Below the pieces are notes generated by a model. It made no database searches. It was not told where the DNA came from and was given only the letters and a program-made list of their open reading frames with translations. The position numbers and the translations under genes were made by a program. Of a stretch of 64,000 nt of DNA, positions 1 through 9,072 are shown in pieces. The DNA comes from an uncultured candidate division Zixibacteria bacterium. GTDB taxonomy: Bacteria; Zixibacteria; MSB-5A5; RBG-16-43-9. The DNA lies in the NCBI GenBank assembly GCA_963713865.1, contig OY970208.1:2016001-2080000 (forward strand), read 5' to 3'. The stretch's first letter is position 1. Each line of letters opens with the position of its first letter.

Positions 1-1
1 T

Positions 2-786
2 CTGGATTTCCACAAGAAGCATTTCCCGGGCGGGCATCGCTACTGGAAAGTAACCTCAGCCAAAAGCGATTTAGCTGACAAATGGGAGTATTATCCCAAA
101 GATGCCCAGGCCCGGTGCCGGAAAATGCAAATCACTATACAGCTTTGGTAAAAAGACTTCTAAGTGAGTATCGTCAGCAGACTGGCAGAAAGGGTATAGT
201 CTGTGCTCCCTATGATGCAGAGCTTTTCGGACACTGGTGGTTTGAAGGAACCCAATTTCTGAAATTTGTCTTGAAATATATCGCTGAAGACCCGGAAATT
301 GAATTAACCACCTGTTCAAAATACTTGAACGAAACCAGACCCACACAGGTGATTTCCATACCAGAAGGCTCCTGGGGAGAAGGAGGTTATCATTATATCT
401 GGCTGAACCAGTGGACCGAATGGACCTGGAAACATATCTATGAGGATGAAAAAAGGATGCAGGATTTAGCCCGAAAATTCAAAAATACTCAGGATGGAAA
501 TCTACTAAAAATATTAAAACAAGCTGCCAGAGAACTTTTGTTATTACAATCTTCTGACTGGCAGTTTTTGATTTCCACCTGGAGTGCCAGAGACTATGCG
601 GAATTAAGACTTACCGAACATCATCAGAATTTTATTCGACTTTGTGAGATGGCAGAGAAGTATGGTAAAGGTGAACACGTTGACCCGGGTGAGTGGACCT
701 TCTTAGGTGACTGTGAAGCCCGGGATAAAGTATTTGAAGACATAAACCTCGACTGGTTCGCAGAGGTGGAATACCCGGCTGAGTAA
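2..786 (+). CDS. GH57/DUF1957 family 1,4-alpha-glucan branching enzyme, 3' part (5' truncated by window; apparent 1-nt frameshift near 113-117)
   Basis: Motifs PYDAELFGHWWFEG, EGSWG and ARELLLLQSSDWQF are typical of GH57 branching enzymes. Frame 2 upstream reads LDFHKKHFPGGHRYWKVT..., also family-like, and joins the 82..786 ORF by a one-base shift. Confidence 0.85.
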
Positions 787-796
787 AATATTTCTC

Positions 797-1186
797 GTGG
801 TGCGACCCGGCTTGTCTCGTCATAGGGGGATCAGGGTCACTCTATAATTTGTAGGGACAGAACATTGTTCTGTCCCTGCAGTTGTTTTTAAGGGTAAAAT
901 GTAGCGTCCGGGTTAATCCCTGACGTTAAAATCTCGTCCATTTGGACGCTACAAAACTTGAAAAGGAGAGGGAACTCAGGGTCGCAAAAATTTGTAGGGG
1001 CGTATTGCAATACGCCCCTACCATCTGGTTAGAAGCAAAATTCATCAGGAAAATGTAGCGTCCGGGTTAATCCCGAACATTTCTCTTCTTTTCGTCGGGC
1101 ATAAAGCCCGACGCTACAATTTCTTGGAGACACATGCGATGCCTCTCTACGTCTTTCATTCGGACAGAACACTGTTCTGTCCCTAC
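797..1186. repeat. Cluster of several distinct GTAG/CTAC-tagged REP-like palindromes
   Basis: GTAGGGACAGAACATTGTTCTGTCCCTGC (851-879); GTAGCGTCCGGGTTAATCCC (901, 1055); GTAGGGGCGTATTGCAATACGCCCCTAC (994-1021); CGTCGGGCATAAAGCCCGACGCTAC (1093-1117); GGACAGAACACTGTTCTGTCCCTAC (1162-1186). Confidence 0.85.
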
Positions 1187-1198
1187 AAAAAAACAAAC

Positions 1199-1226
1199 AA
1201 AAAGGGCGAATCACTTCGCCCTTTTT
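1199..1226. terminator. Bidirectional rho-independent terminator
   Basis: AAAAAGGGCGAA-TCAC-TTCGCCCTTTTT, between convergent genes and 20 nt past the OMP stop. Confidence 0.75.
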
Positions 1227-1246
1227 GGCAAACAAATTAGAAAGAA

Positions 1247-1906
1247 CTACTTCCCACCGAAACGATAGTTCAGAACAAATCCGACGTACGTGGTAATAGT
1301 ACTGTAACTTAACTCTTCCTTAACACCGTCAGCCCAATCAAAGTTACCCTTAGCAAAGCTAAATCTCCAACCAACTTCACCACCTACGCTGAAGTTATCA
1401 GAGGCATAGTACTCTACACCAAAAGCTGGAATGATACCAAAAGGACTGTTGACCTCCTTACTAATCTCTTCATCGGCTCTTTCACTTTCTGACACAGCAT
1501 TTAAGTCCACAGATGTGAAGGCCTTGAAAATTCCGCCGTAAAGGTAAGGTGTGATATTTCCACTCGTTCTCGGTTGCAGGTAGAATTTCACTCCCACATT
1601 AGGTATAAACTGGGTTATTGATGCCTTATTGTCAATTGAAACATCAGCGCCGCTCTCCTTATATTCGAAACTGGCGCGAGTCAAATCTAAACCGCCCAAG
1701 ATAACAACTCTCTCCCCCGCATCAACACCAAAATAGCAACCCAAAATCTCATTAGAAGGTAAGTAAGGAACAGATCCTGTGAACATCATGGGCGTGAGGT
1801 CAGTCTGCTTTAAGGATAAAGCCTTTACTCCGAAATTGAATCCAGCCTGGGCAGTGGCTGCTCCGAACAAAATCAAAATCCCTAAAACTAATAATGCCTT
1901 TCTCAT
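1247..1906 (-). CDS. Outer-membrane beta-barrel protein (OmpA/OmpW-like)
   Basis: Signal peptide ending AQA, alternating hydrophobic strands, C-terminal YVGFVLNYRF barrel signature, GGAGG SD. Confidence 0.8.
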   Translation of the reverse strand: MRKALLVLGILILFGAATAQAGFNFGVKALSLKQTDLTPMMFTGSVPYLPSNEILGCYFGVDAGERVVILGGLDLTRASFEYKESGADVSIDNKASITQFIPNVGVKFYLQPRTSGNITPYLYGGIFKAFTSVDLNAVSESERADEEISKEVNSPFGIIPAFGVEYYASDNFSVGGEVGWRFSFAKGNFDWADGVKEELSYSTITTYVGFVLNYRFGGK

Positions 1907-2318
1907 TTCTTTTCCTCCATTCTAAGGTTTACGTTCTATTATTTAAAAGAACCTCCTTTTTAACCTCTTTTGCATCACCTCCCTCAGGTTAAAAGGTTTA
2001 CAATTACAAATTATCTTAAAAAAACAAGTCGATTTAAGCTTGTCAAGTAAAAAATTTTCTTTCTTTCAAATTTTTTACTTTTTACTCCAACTCCTTTCTT
2101 TTATCCCAATACCTCCTTCAAGTGAAAAGTTAGGAATCTATAAATTGCGTTATATTAACTTAACCATTTTCATTTGTCAAGAAAAATATTTATTAATTCT
2201 CAAAAATATACCCAACTTAACTTTACTATACGCAAAACCAAACTCCGGGTTTGATTTATTTTTTAAGTAAATCCTCCATGTTTTTATTTAGGTTTACATA
2301 CTTTCCTTCAAAATTCAT

Positions 2319-3669
2319 TTAAAATTCAGTTTTCCCGGTGAATTTAAAGTTTCTAATCAGCAGAGCCGGGGTAACGATTACTCCAACATCTCCCCACCAG
2401 GGAATAGCGATTTTTCTTTGTCTGGATATCTGAGAGATATTGGAGAAAGCCTTGAGCATGCTTTCGGTAAAACGTAAATTCTTTACCCCCTGCTTTACTT
2501 TTCCATTCTCGATCCAGAAAGTTCCATCCCTGGTCATCCCGGTCATAAGGGCATTTTTAGTATCCAGATATCCATTGATATAATGAAAACGGGTGACCAG
2601 TAGCCCTTTCTCTAAAGACTCAATCATCTTCTTTAAAGAGGAATCGCCAGCCCTTACAAAAAGATTCAGGGGAACAGGCCCATCCGTAGCTGGAGGCGGC
2701 AGGGAATGTCCGGTGGATTTGACTTTGTCTTTATAAGCCGTCTGGGAATCATACACCAAACCTCTGGCTACACCTTTCTCGATCAGCACCACTCTCTTTT
2801 TGGGCATTCCTTCGAAATCAAATGGAAAAGGAATTCCGTTCTCCTCCGTTCCATCATCTATCAGGGTAAAATTATCTCCCATCACCTTCTTCCCCATTTT
2901 ACCATTTAAGAAGCTTGTTTCCTCTTGATATTGTTTGGCTCCCAATCCGATTATGCTCAGCCATTCAAACAGGTTTCCGACTGCAGCTGGTTCCAGAACA
3001 ACATCATATTCACCCGGCTCTACCCCTTTCGGCTTCTTTGAATCCAGAACATTTCTTAATAGCCGTCTCAGCCACTGTTTCGAAATCGATCTGGGTAACG
3101 TCCCGGCTTATACTTTCGGCATAGCCAGAGCTGTCATCTGACATAACTACCAGGTTTATGCTGGCTGAGGTAAATGGCTGATAGGCAGTAAGGCCATTAG
3201 TATTCAAAACCGCTATCTCCGACTGACCGGTGATAAAGGAACCCGCTACCGTTAAATTATGCTCTGTGGCTCTATCGCAGATTTTTTTAACTTCTTCTGC
3301 TCTCTGTTTGGGCGAGAAATCCTCAGTCTTTTTGAAAAAGGTTTTAAGTTTTTTGTATTTTTGCCTGATAGGGAAACCGGGGAAATCAGGATTCTCCTTC
3401 TGATGTAAAGCAATCTTATAAGCAGAAGTTAAAGTCTTGAGTAATGCATCTTTCTTAAAGGAATTGGTAGAACAGATTCCTATCCTTTTACCTAAAGCTA
3501 CTCTGAAGATGACTTTGCTGTTGCGTTCTGATACATTCTGGTGAATATAAGAGTTAGCATATCTGGTCAGTCCACTCTCTCCGCTGAAGAATAATGCCTC
3601 CGCCTGGTCTGCTTCTGATTTTTTTAAAACCGAATTTAATGTCTCCAAGATTTTCTCTTTTCCGATCAT
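2319..3669 (-). CDS. pmbA: TldE/PmbA family protein, split into ORFs 3010..3669 and 2319..2945 by a +1 frameshift near 3048
   Basis: TRYANSYIHQN N-terminus; FDFEG and TGMTRDG motifs in the C-terminal part. Removing one base gives continuous KCLDSKKPKGVEPGEYDVVLEP. Adjacent to tldD. Confidence 0.85.
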
Positions 3670-5108
3670 CTGCTTACTCCTACTTTAACATTTCTAAATC
3701 TGGCTGGAGCTACCCCATGCGCTACGTGCATAGTCTGCATCGGCTCGCCTTTTCCGCAGTTGGGTAGGCCCCAGATATGCCAGTGGTTCCGGTTACAAAC
3801 TGCATCACAGCTATTCCAGAATTCAGGGGTGATACCGGTATATACTGCGTTCTTATACATCTTTCCTTTTTTCCCTTCTTTTATCTCCCAGGCAGCTTCA
3901 ACCCCGAACTGGAAGTTTAACCTCTTATCATCGATAGACCAGCTCTTGTTCATATCCAGAAGAAATCCATCTTTCGTATCTGCGATCAGTTCCTCGTAAT
4001 CCCATTCTCCGGGCTCTAAGTTAATATTGGTCATCCGGATTAAAGGTATTCTATTCCAGCCTTCCGCTCGCATAGTACCGTTACTTTTCTGCTTGAGCAC
4101 CCCAGCCGTTTCTCTGGAGGTAAGATAACCAACGAAAACTCCATTTTTCACTAATTCTACTCGCTGAGCTTTTACCCCTTCATCATCATACCCGAAACTC
4201 CCCAAACCTCCTTCCAGGGTTGCGTCAGCATTGATGTTCACTTTGTCCGAACCATATTTTAACTTATTAAATTTATCCAGAGTGAGAAAACTACCTCCAG
4301 CTAAACTTATCTCGGTTCCCAAAACCCGGTCCAGTTCCGAAGGATGTCCGCAGGATTCATGCACCTGCAAAACCATCTGAGAACCGTTGATTATCACGGT
4401 AGTAACTGTATCCGGACAAGCCGGGGCACAAAGAAGTTCTAAGGCTTCTTCCCTTACCCGATCTGCGTTCTCTACTAATTTTAATTCTTCGATAAACTCA
4501 TACCCTCGGGTAGCAAAATCACCCCGATGAGAATTAGGATAAGACCTTCTCTGGACTTCATTGCCATCTACTGCAGTAGCCATAATTCCGGAACCGCTTT
4601 CCAGAATGAACTGCTGGATAAAAGCTCCTTCGGTTGAGGCAAATAGTTTTTCAGTTTTGTTGAAGTCCATACTCCCTTCTGCTACTTTGATCTTATTATT
4701 TTTTCGCAATATCTCCGTCGATCTTAGCAGAAGCTCAATTTTCTTTTCTAAAGACACGTTAAACGGATCGATCTGAAATTTCGAAGTATACGTATCCTCA
4801 AAAACCTCAGTGTGACTTAATCTAACCATCTCTTTCTTGGTTATGGAGCTAGCTTTGGCAATTTCTAAAGCCTGGATAGCTACTCTTTTCATCTCTGCTT
4901 CAGAGAGGATAGAACTGGAGGCAAACCCCCAGGCTCCGTTAGCGATAATACGGATGCCAAAACCCTGGTCCTCGTCACAGGAGATGCTTTCCACATTTCC
5001 ATTTTTTACCTGAATGCTCTCCGTCTGACGACGCACCTGTCTGATATCCGCATATTCCACTTTTTTTCTTTTCAGATAATCTAAAGTTTCCTTAATTGCT
5101 TCTTTCAA
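3666..5108 (-). CDS. tldD: TldD family metalloprotease
   Basis: HESCGHPSELDR metal motif, YDDEG, RMTNINL, NCGKGEP. Confidence 0.92.
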   Translation of the reverse strand: MKEAIKETLDYLKRKKVEYADIRQVRRQTESIQVKNGNVESISCDEDQGFGIRIIANGAWGFASSSILSEAEMKRVAIQALEIAKASSITKKEMVRLSHTEVFEDTYTSKFQIDPFNVSLEKKIELLLRSTEILRKNNKIKVAEGSMDFNKTEKLFASTEGAFIQQFILESGSGIMATAVDGNEVQRRSYPNSHRGDFATRGYEFIEELKLVENADRVREEALELLCAPACPDTVTTVIINGSQMVLQVHESCGHPSELDRVLGTEISLAGGSFLTLDKFNKLKYGSDKVNINADATLEGGLGSFGYDDEGVKAQRVELVKNGVFVGYLTSRETAGVLKQKSNGTMRAEGWNRIPLIRMTNINLEPGEWDYEELIADTKDGFLLDMNKSWSIDDKRLNFQFGVEAAWEIKEGKKGKMYKNAVYTGITPEFWNSCDAVCNRNHWHIWGLPNCGKGEPMQTMHVAHGVAPARFRNVKVGVSR

Positions 5109-5209
5109 ATCTTCCTCCTTTCTCAGAATCCAAGTAATCCTTTAAAAACATTTTTAATCTAAAAATTCAAAACTGTCTTGTCAAGTCAAATCAATCTCTT
5201 TTTTATTCT

Positions 5210-5237
5210 GCAGGGGCGTACTGCAATACGCCCCTGC
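5210..5237. repeat. REP-like palindrome, same family as 994-1021
   Basis: GCAGGGGCGTACTGCAATACGCCCCTGC. Confidence 0.75.
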
Positions 5238-5269
5238 GAATAATAAACAAAAAATCTATACTCTGGGAA

Positions 5270-6193
5270 TTATAAGTTGTGTCTAGAATAAACTTCTAAA
5301 AAACTTTCAACTCCCGAAAATGTGCTTTTCATCCCGGCAAGAAAATTGGCGAACTCGGATGATAGCTCAGCCTTATTGGTTTTAAGATACGCTAAAAGAA
5401 ACCCGGCTGAAAAAACATTTCCGCAGCCAGTAGGATCCACAGTATCTGTTAATTTTAGAGAAGCAGTATGATAAAAGTCGGCTTTTCTTTTTTCTTTATA
5501 ACATATTAAGGCCCCTTCTCTTCCGCGGGTAACTAATAAGATCTCAGGTCCTAAATCTAAAATCTTCTCTGCAAAAATTTCCAACTCTTCTTTTGAATGC
5601 AGCTTTCTTTTTGTGAGGACTTGCATCTCCTTTATATTCATCTGGACAATGTCAGCGATTTTTAAATATTCCTTCCAAAAAACCGGCACCTTAAAAAATC
5701 TTTCTCCGTTCTTTCTCATCCCCAGGATCAGGGAATGAAGGTCTATGAAAATTCGAGCTTTACTTTTTTGTCTTATCTTCTTTAAACTCTCCAGGTCAAT
5801 ATCAAAACCAGAGATGAAATTAATCAAGATACAATCGCTATTAAGATGGGGTTCAACTTGCCGGAACTCGATTCTGGGAACTAAATATTTTAAGATTTCC
5901 TTTTTGTCCCATTTTCTATTATAAAATAGATGAACGTGATTATTCTTCTCTTTAACCCTTGATATTCCACTCAGATCAAGGTTTTTAAATCCTCTCAGAT
6001 AAGAGAGAACCTTTTCATAGATATCTGAGCCCAAATTGCAAATGGGTAAAACAACAAGATTCTGAGTAGCAAGGAGCGCTAAAGGAATGATATTATAAAG
6101 AATCCCTCCAAAACTTCTAATCCTTTTCCTGTCTGGAAAAGTAATGGTATCACGGGTAATCGTGCCAATAATGGTTAGCTTGATCTGTTTCAT
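5270..6193 (-). CDS. PfkB family carbohydrate kinase
   Basis: SFGG near the N-terminus, N..E, VTRGREGA, and C-terminal DPTGCGNVF (the usual DxxGAGD has D replaced by N). Confidence 0.85.
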   Translation of the reverse strand: MKQIKLTIIGTITRDTITFPDRKRIRSFGGILYNIIPLALLATQNLVVLPICNLGSDIYEKVLSYLRGFKNLDLSGISRVKEKNNHVHLFYNRKWDKKEILKYLVPRIEFRQVEPHLNSDCILINFISGFDIDLESLKKIRQKSKARIFIDLHSLILGMRKNGERFFKVPVFWKEYLKIADIVQMNIKEMQVLTKRKLHSKEELEIFAEKILDLGPEILLVTRGREGALICYKEKRKADFYHTASLKLTDTVDPTGCGNVFSAGFLLAYLKTNKAELSSEFANFLAGMKSTFSGVESFLEVYSRHNL

Positions 6194-6196
6194 AAT

Positions 6197-7222
6197 TCAC
6201 GGAAGCCTTTTTGCAACTACCTCAAATACCTCTTCAGATGTTATCTCTTTCATACATCTGAAATGTTTTTCCGGACATTTCCTTCTCCCGTGAATACCAC
6301 AGGGTCGGCAATAAACTTTTTTCTGAATGACTATATCCTTTTCCCCGGTTGGGGCAAACCCGAACTCCGGGACGGTTGAGCCAAAAATTGCAACCACTGG
6401 AATCCGCATTGCCACTGCTATGTGCATCGGTGCAGTATCATTGGATAAAACCGCTTTACCTCTGGAAATCAAAACTGCAGATTGTAAAGGTGTAAGTTTA
6501 CCAGCCGCTATAAAGGGTTTATTTTTCATAGCTCTGGAGAGCTCCATACACAGCGGTTCATCTTCTTTCCCGCCTATGAAGACAACTTTAGCCCCAAGCT
6601 TTGCAATCAGAGATTCTGCTACCTGGCCAAACCTTTCCGGTAGCCACCGTTTAGTTTCCCAAACTGAGCCTGGAGCGATCTCCACTATCTTGTCATTTTT
6701 CTGAATATTCCAGCTTTTTAATAAATCATCCACGTATCTGAAATCATCTGTTGATGGAAATAGTTCAGGCAAAAATTCTTTTTCCGAAAATAAAACTTCC
6801 TCTAAAAGAGAGAGATTCCTTTTAATCTCTGATTGATTCTGAATATATTTGATTTTCCTGGTAAAAAGAAAAGAACCGGAGCTTTCATCAAAACCGACCC
6901 TCTGCGGGATTCCGGCAAAATAGGTTAAAAGTGCACTGCGCAGGGAGCGATGCGGAACAAAAGCTAAATCGAAAGCCATGCCCTTGATCTTTTTTATCAA
7001 CTTCAAAAAGTTGAAAATCCCTTCCTCTTTATCCTTTTTATCATAAACGATAATCCCCTGTAAATAGGGATTATTTTGCAAAAGCTCTTTAGTCTGGGGA
7101 ATAAGCAAAATAAATATTTTTGAGCGGGTATATTTTTTTCTTACCGCTTTTATCAGAGGAGTTATCAGAATCACGTCCCCCAAAAAAGCAGTCTGGATGA
7201 TCAGTATCTTTTCTGGATTCAT
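6197..7222 (-). CDS. waaF: LPS heptosyltransferase II (GT9)
   Basis: TAFLGDVIL, APGSVWETKRW, SNDTAPMHIA, IFGST, CRPCG motifs. Confidence 0.88.
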   Translation of the reverse strand: MNPEKILIIQTAFLGDVILITPLIKAVRKKYTRSKIFILLIPQTKELLQNNPYLQGIIVYDKKDKEEGIFNFLKLIKKIKGMAFDLAFVPHRSLRSALLTYFAGIPQRVGFDESSGSFLFTRKIKYIQNQSEIKRNLSLLEEVLFSEKEFLPELFPSTDDFRYVDDLLKSWNIQKNDKIVEIAPGSVWETKRWLPERFGQVAESLIAKLGAKVVFIGGKEDEPLCMELSRAMKNKPFIAAGKLTPLQSAVLISRGKAVLSNDTAPMHIAVAMRIPVVAIFGSTVPEFGFAPTGEKDIVIQKKVYCRPCGIHGRRKCPEKHFRCMKEITSEEVFEVVAKRLP

Positions 7223-7280
7223 AGATGAATGAAATTTTTCTTTACTCTATTTCAGGTAAGGCCCCCAGAGCTTTTTCAGC

Positions 7281-8177
7281 TCAATCTTTGATTGTGCTTT
7301 TCCATCTTCGATGAGGCCAGAACCAGTGATCCGGATACTTTCTGATATATTCCTCTAAAAGAGCGGTATAAGCCTGAGTCAAATTCCTGATATCATCATC
7401 TTTATTATTACTTTTCCGGATGTAAATTGGTTCCTCAAAAATTATCTTCTGCCGCCCGTTATCCTGACGGATTATGAAGCCCATAATGATAGGAGCCTCG
7501 GTCTTCAAGACAAAAGCAGCTGGACCCTTGGAAGTAGAAGCTGGATTGCCGAAAAAATTTACAATGGTTCCATCTTTACCTGCATCCTGGTCTGAAAGCA
7601 TTGCCACAAATCTGTTATTTCTTAAAGCTTTAATCACCCCTCTGGTAGCCGCACCCATCTTGATAATCCCTATACCCATCAACTGCCGGTATCTGTTCAT
7701 TAGATTATCCACTAACAGATTGTGCTGCTCACCCACTAAAAAATCAATGGGATAACCTTTTTGGCTTGTGGCTGCGCCCATCAACTCCCAGCTGCCAAAA
7801 TGTCCTGCAATCAAGATTGCACCTTTCTTACCAGTCAAAGCACGGTCAAAATTCTCCAGCCCTTCGAATTTAACAAACTTATCCAATTTCTTCTTCAGAA
7901 CCGGGAACATCGCATATTCAACCAATCCCCTCCCGATGTTTCGATAAGCTTCTCGGGCGATTCTTTTTATTTCTTTTTCAGTAAGTCCCTGACCAAAAGC
8001 TCTTTTTAAATTATCTAAAGTAACTTTTCTCCTTACTTTGAATAAACTAAAAGCTAAGTCTCCCAGGAAAGAACCTATACAGATAGAAGCTTGATAAGGA
8101 AGGATTTGAACCAGAGTCCCCAGCCCTCTGGTGAAAAGATATTCAATCCGGTGTCTCATCCTCCTCATTATAGCCAT
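7281..8177 (-). CDS. Lipid A lauroyl/palmitoleoyl acyltransferase (LpxL/HtrB family)
   Basis: GHFGSWE, LSDQDAG, FFG, PDHWFWPHRRWK. Confidence 0.9.
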   Translation of the reverse strand: MAIMRRMRHRIEYLFTRGLGTLVQILPYQASICIGSFLGDLAFSLFKVRRKVTLDNLKRAFGQGLTEKEIKRIAREAYRNIGRGLVEYAMFPVLKKKLDKFVKFEGLENFDRALTGKKGAILIAGHFGSWELMGAATSQKGYPIDFLVGEQHNLLVDNLMNRYRQLMGIGIIKMGAATRGVIKALRNNRFVAMLSDQDAGKDGTIVNFFGNPASTSKGPAAFVLKTEAPIIMGFIIRQDNGRQKIIFEEPIYIRKSNNKDDDIRNLTQAYTALLEEYIRKYPDHWFWPHRRWKSTIKD

Positions 8178-9072
8178 ACTTCCCTATCCTTTCTTCATAC
8201 TCCCATCTTTTCAAGGTCTTACGGTTGTAATACCTTTTCATAAGATAAAGAAATACCAGCAAAATGGCAAGCCCCAGCCAGAGCAAACCGGTATCTCCTA
8301 AAAAAGCTAACCAGTTATATCTTTTTTTAATAAAACTTGAAAATTCATTTTGAAAACCCATATAACTTGAGCCGGTAGTCTTAATAAAAGCTAAATCTAA
8401 ACTTTCCCCCGATGCTAAATCATCTAAAAGTTTAAAAAAACTTTCTTTTCCATATTCATCTAAGAAATATGACAAGGCTAGATAGCTTTCTGTATAAGAC
8501 AGTAGAGCCTTGTTATCACTGAACTGGTTTAAATTCTCTATCTGGGACAAAGGAATAATTGAATTAGTAAAGACTGCTCTTACCACTAAAATATCCTGAC
8601 CTATCTGCCATTCTTTAGACTGGAGCATGGCAAACCCCTCCTCTATCCAGCGGGGAAGTATTGCACCACTTGATTTTTTATCTAAGAATATATGGGCTAA
8701 CTCATGTTCTAATACTTCTGAAAATGGTCGACCATATCTGAATTTAGCTGGTGATTTTAAAATTATGAGATTTTGACTGGAGACAGCCACTCCTATACCC
8801 CAGTCCGGAAAATCAGGACCTAACCTGGATTTGAAATCTTCTTCACTTTCTGCTACATAAATTGTCAAGGGCTGAGTAAGCGAATCCTCAATAAATAAAG
8901 AGATGTCATTATAGGCCTTTTTTGCTAAAACCTCAATTTCCTGTTTAAGTTTTGGATTTCTGGTATGAATATCAAACCTTGGAATTGACCAAATATCTTC
9001 TGGAATAAAACAAATCCAGAAAAGAACCAAAACCCAAATCCATCCTAATCCCAGCCTTGACTTCTTTTCCAT
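8143..9072 (-). CDS. Peptidase MA-like zinc metalloprotease, membrane anchored
   Basis: HELAH plus downstream PRWIEEG; N-terminal signal and C-terminal TM. Confidence 0.8.
   Translation of the reverse strand: MEKKSRLGLGWIWVLVLFWICFIPEDIWSIPRFDIHTRNPKLKQEIEVLAKKAYNDISLFIEDSLTQPLTIYVAESEEDFKSRLGPDFPDWGIGVAVSSQNLIILKSPAKFRYGRPFSEVLEHELAHIFLDKKSSGAILPRWIEEGFAMLQSKEWQIGQDILVVRAVFTNSIIPLSQIENLNQFSDNKALLSYTESYLALSYFLDEYGKESFFKLLDDLASGESLDLAFIKTTGSSYMGFQNEFSSFIKKRYNWLAFLGDTGLLWLGLAILLVFLYLMKRYYNRKTLKRWEYEERIGKYGYNEEDETPD

Noticed and set aside
797-1186. CRISPR array
   Set aside because: Repeats differ in sequence and orientation, spacing is irregular and no cas genes are present; these are REP-like palindromes.
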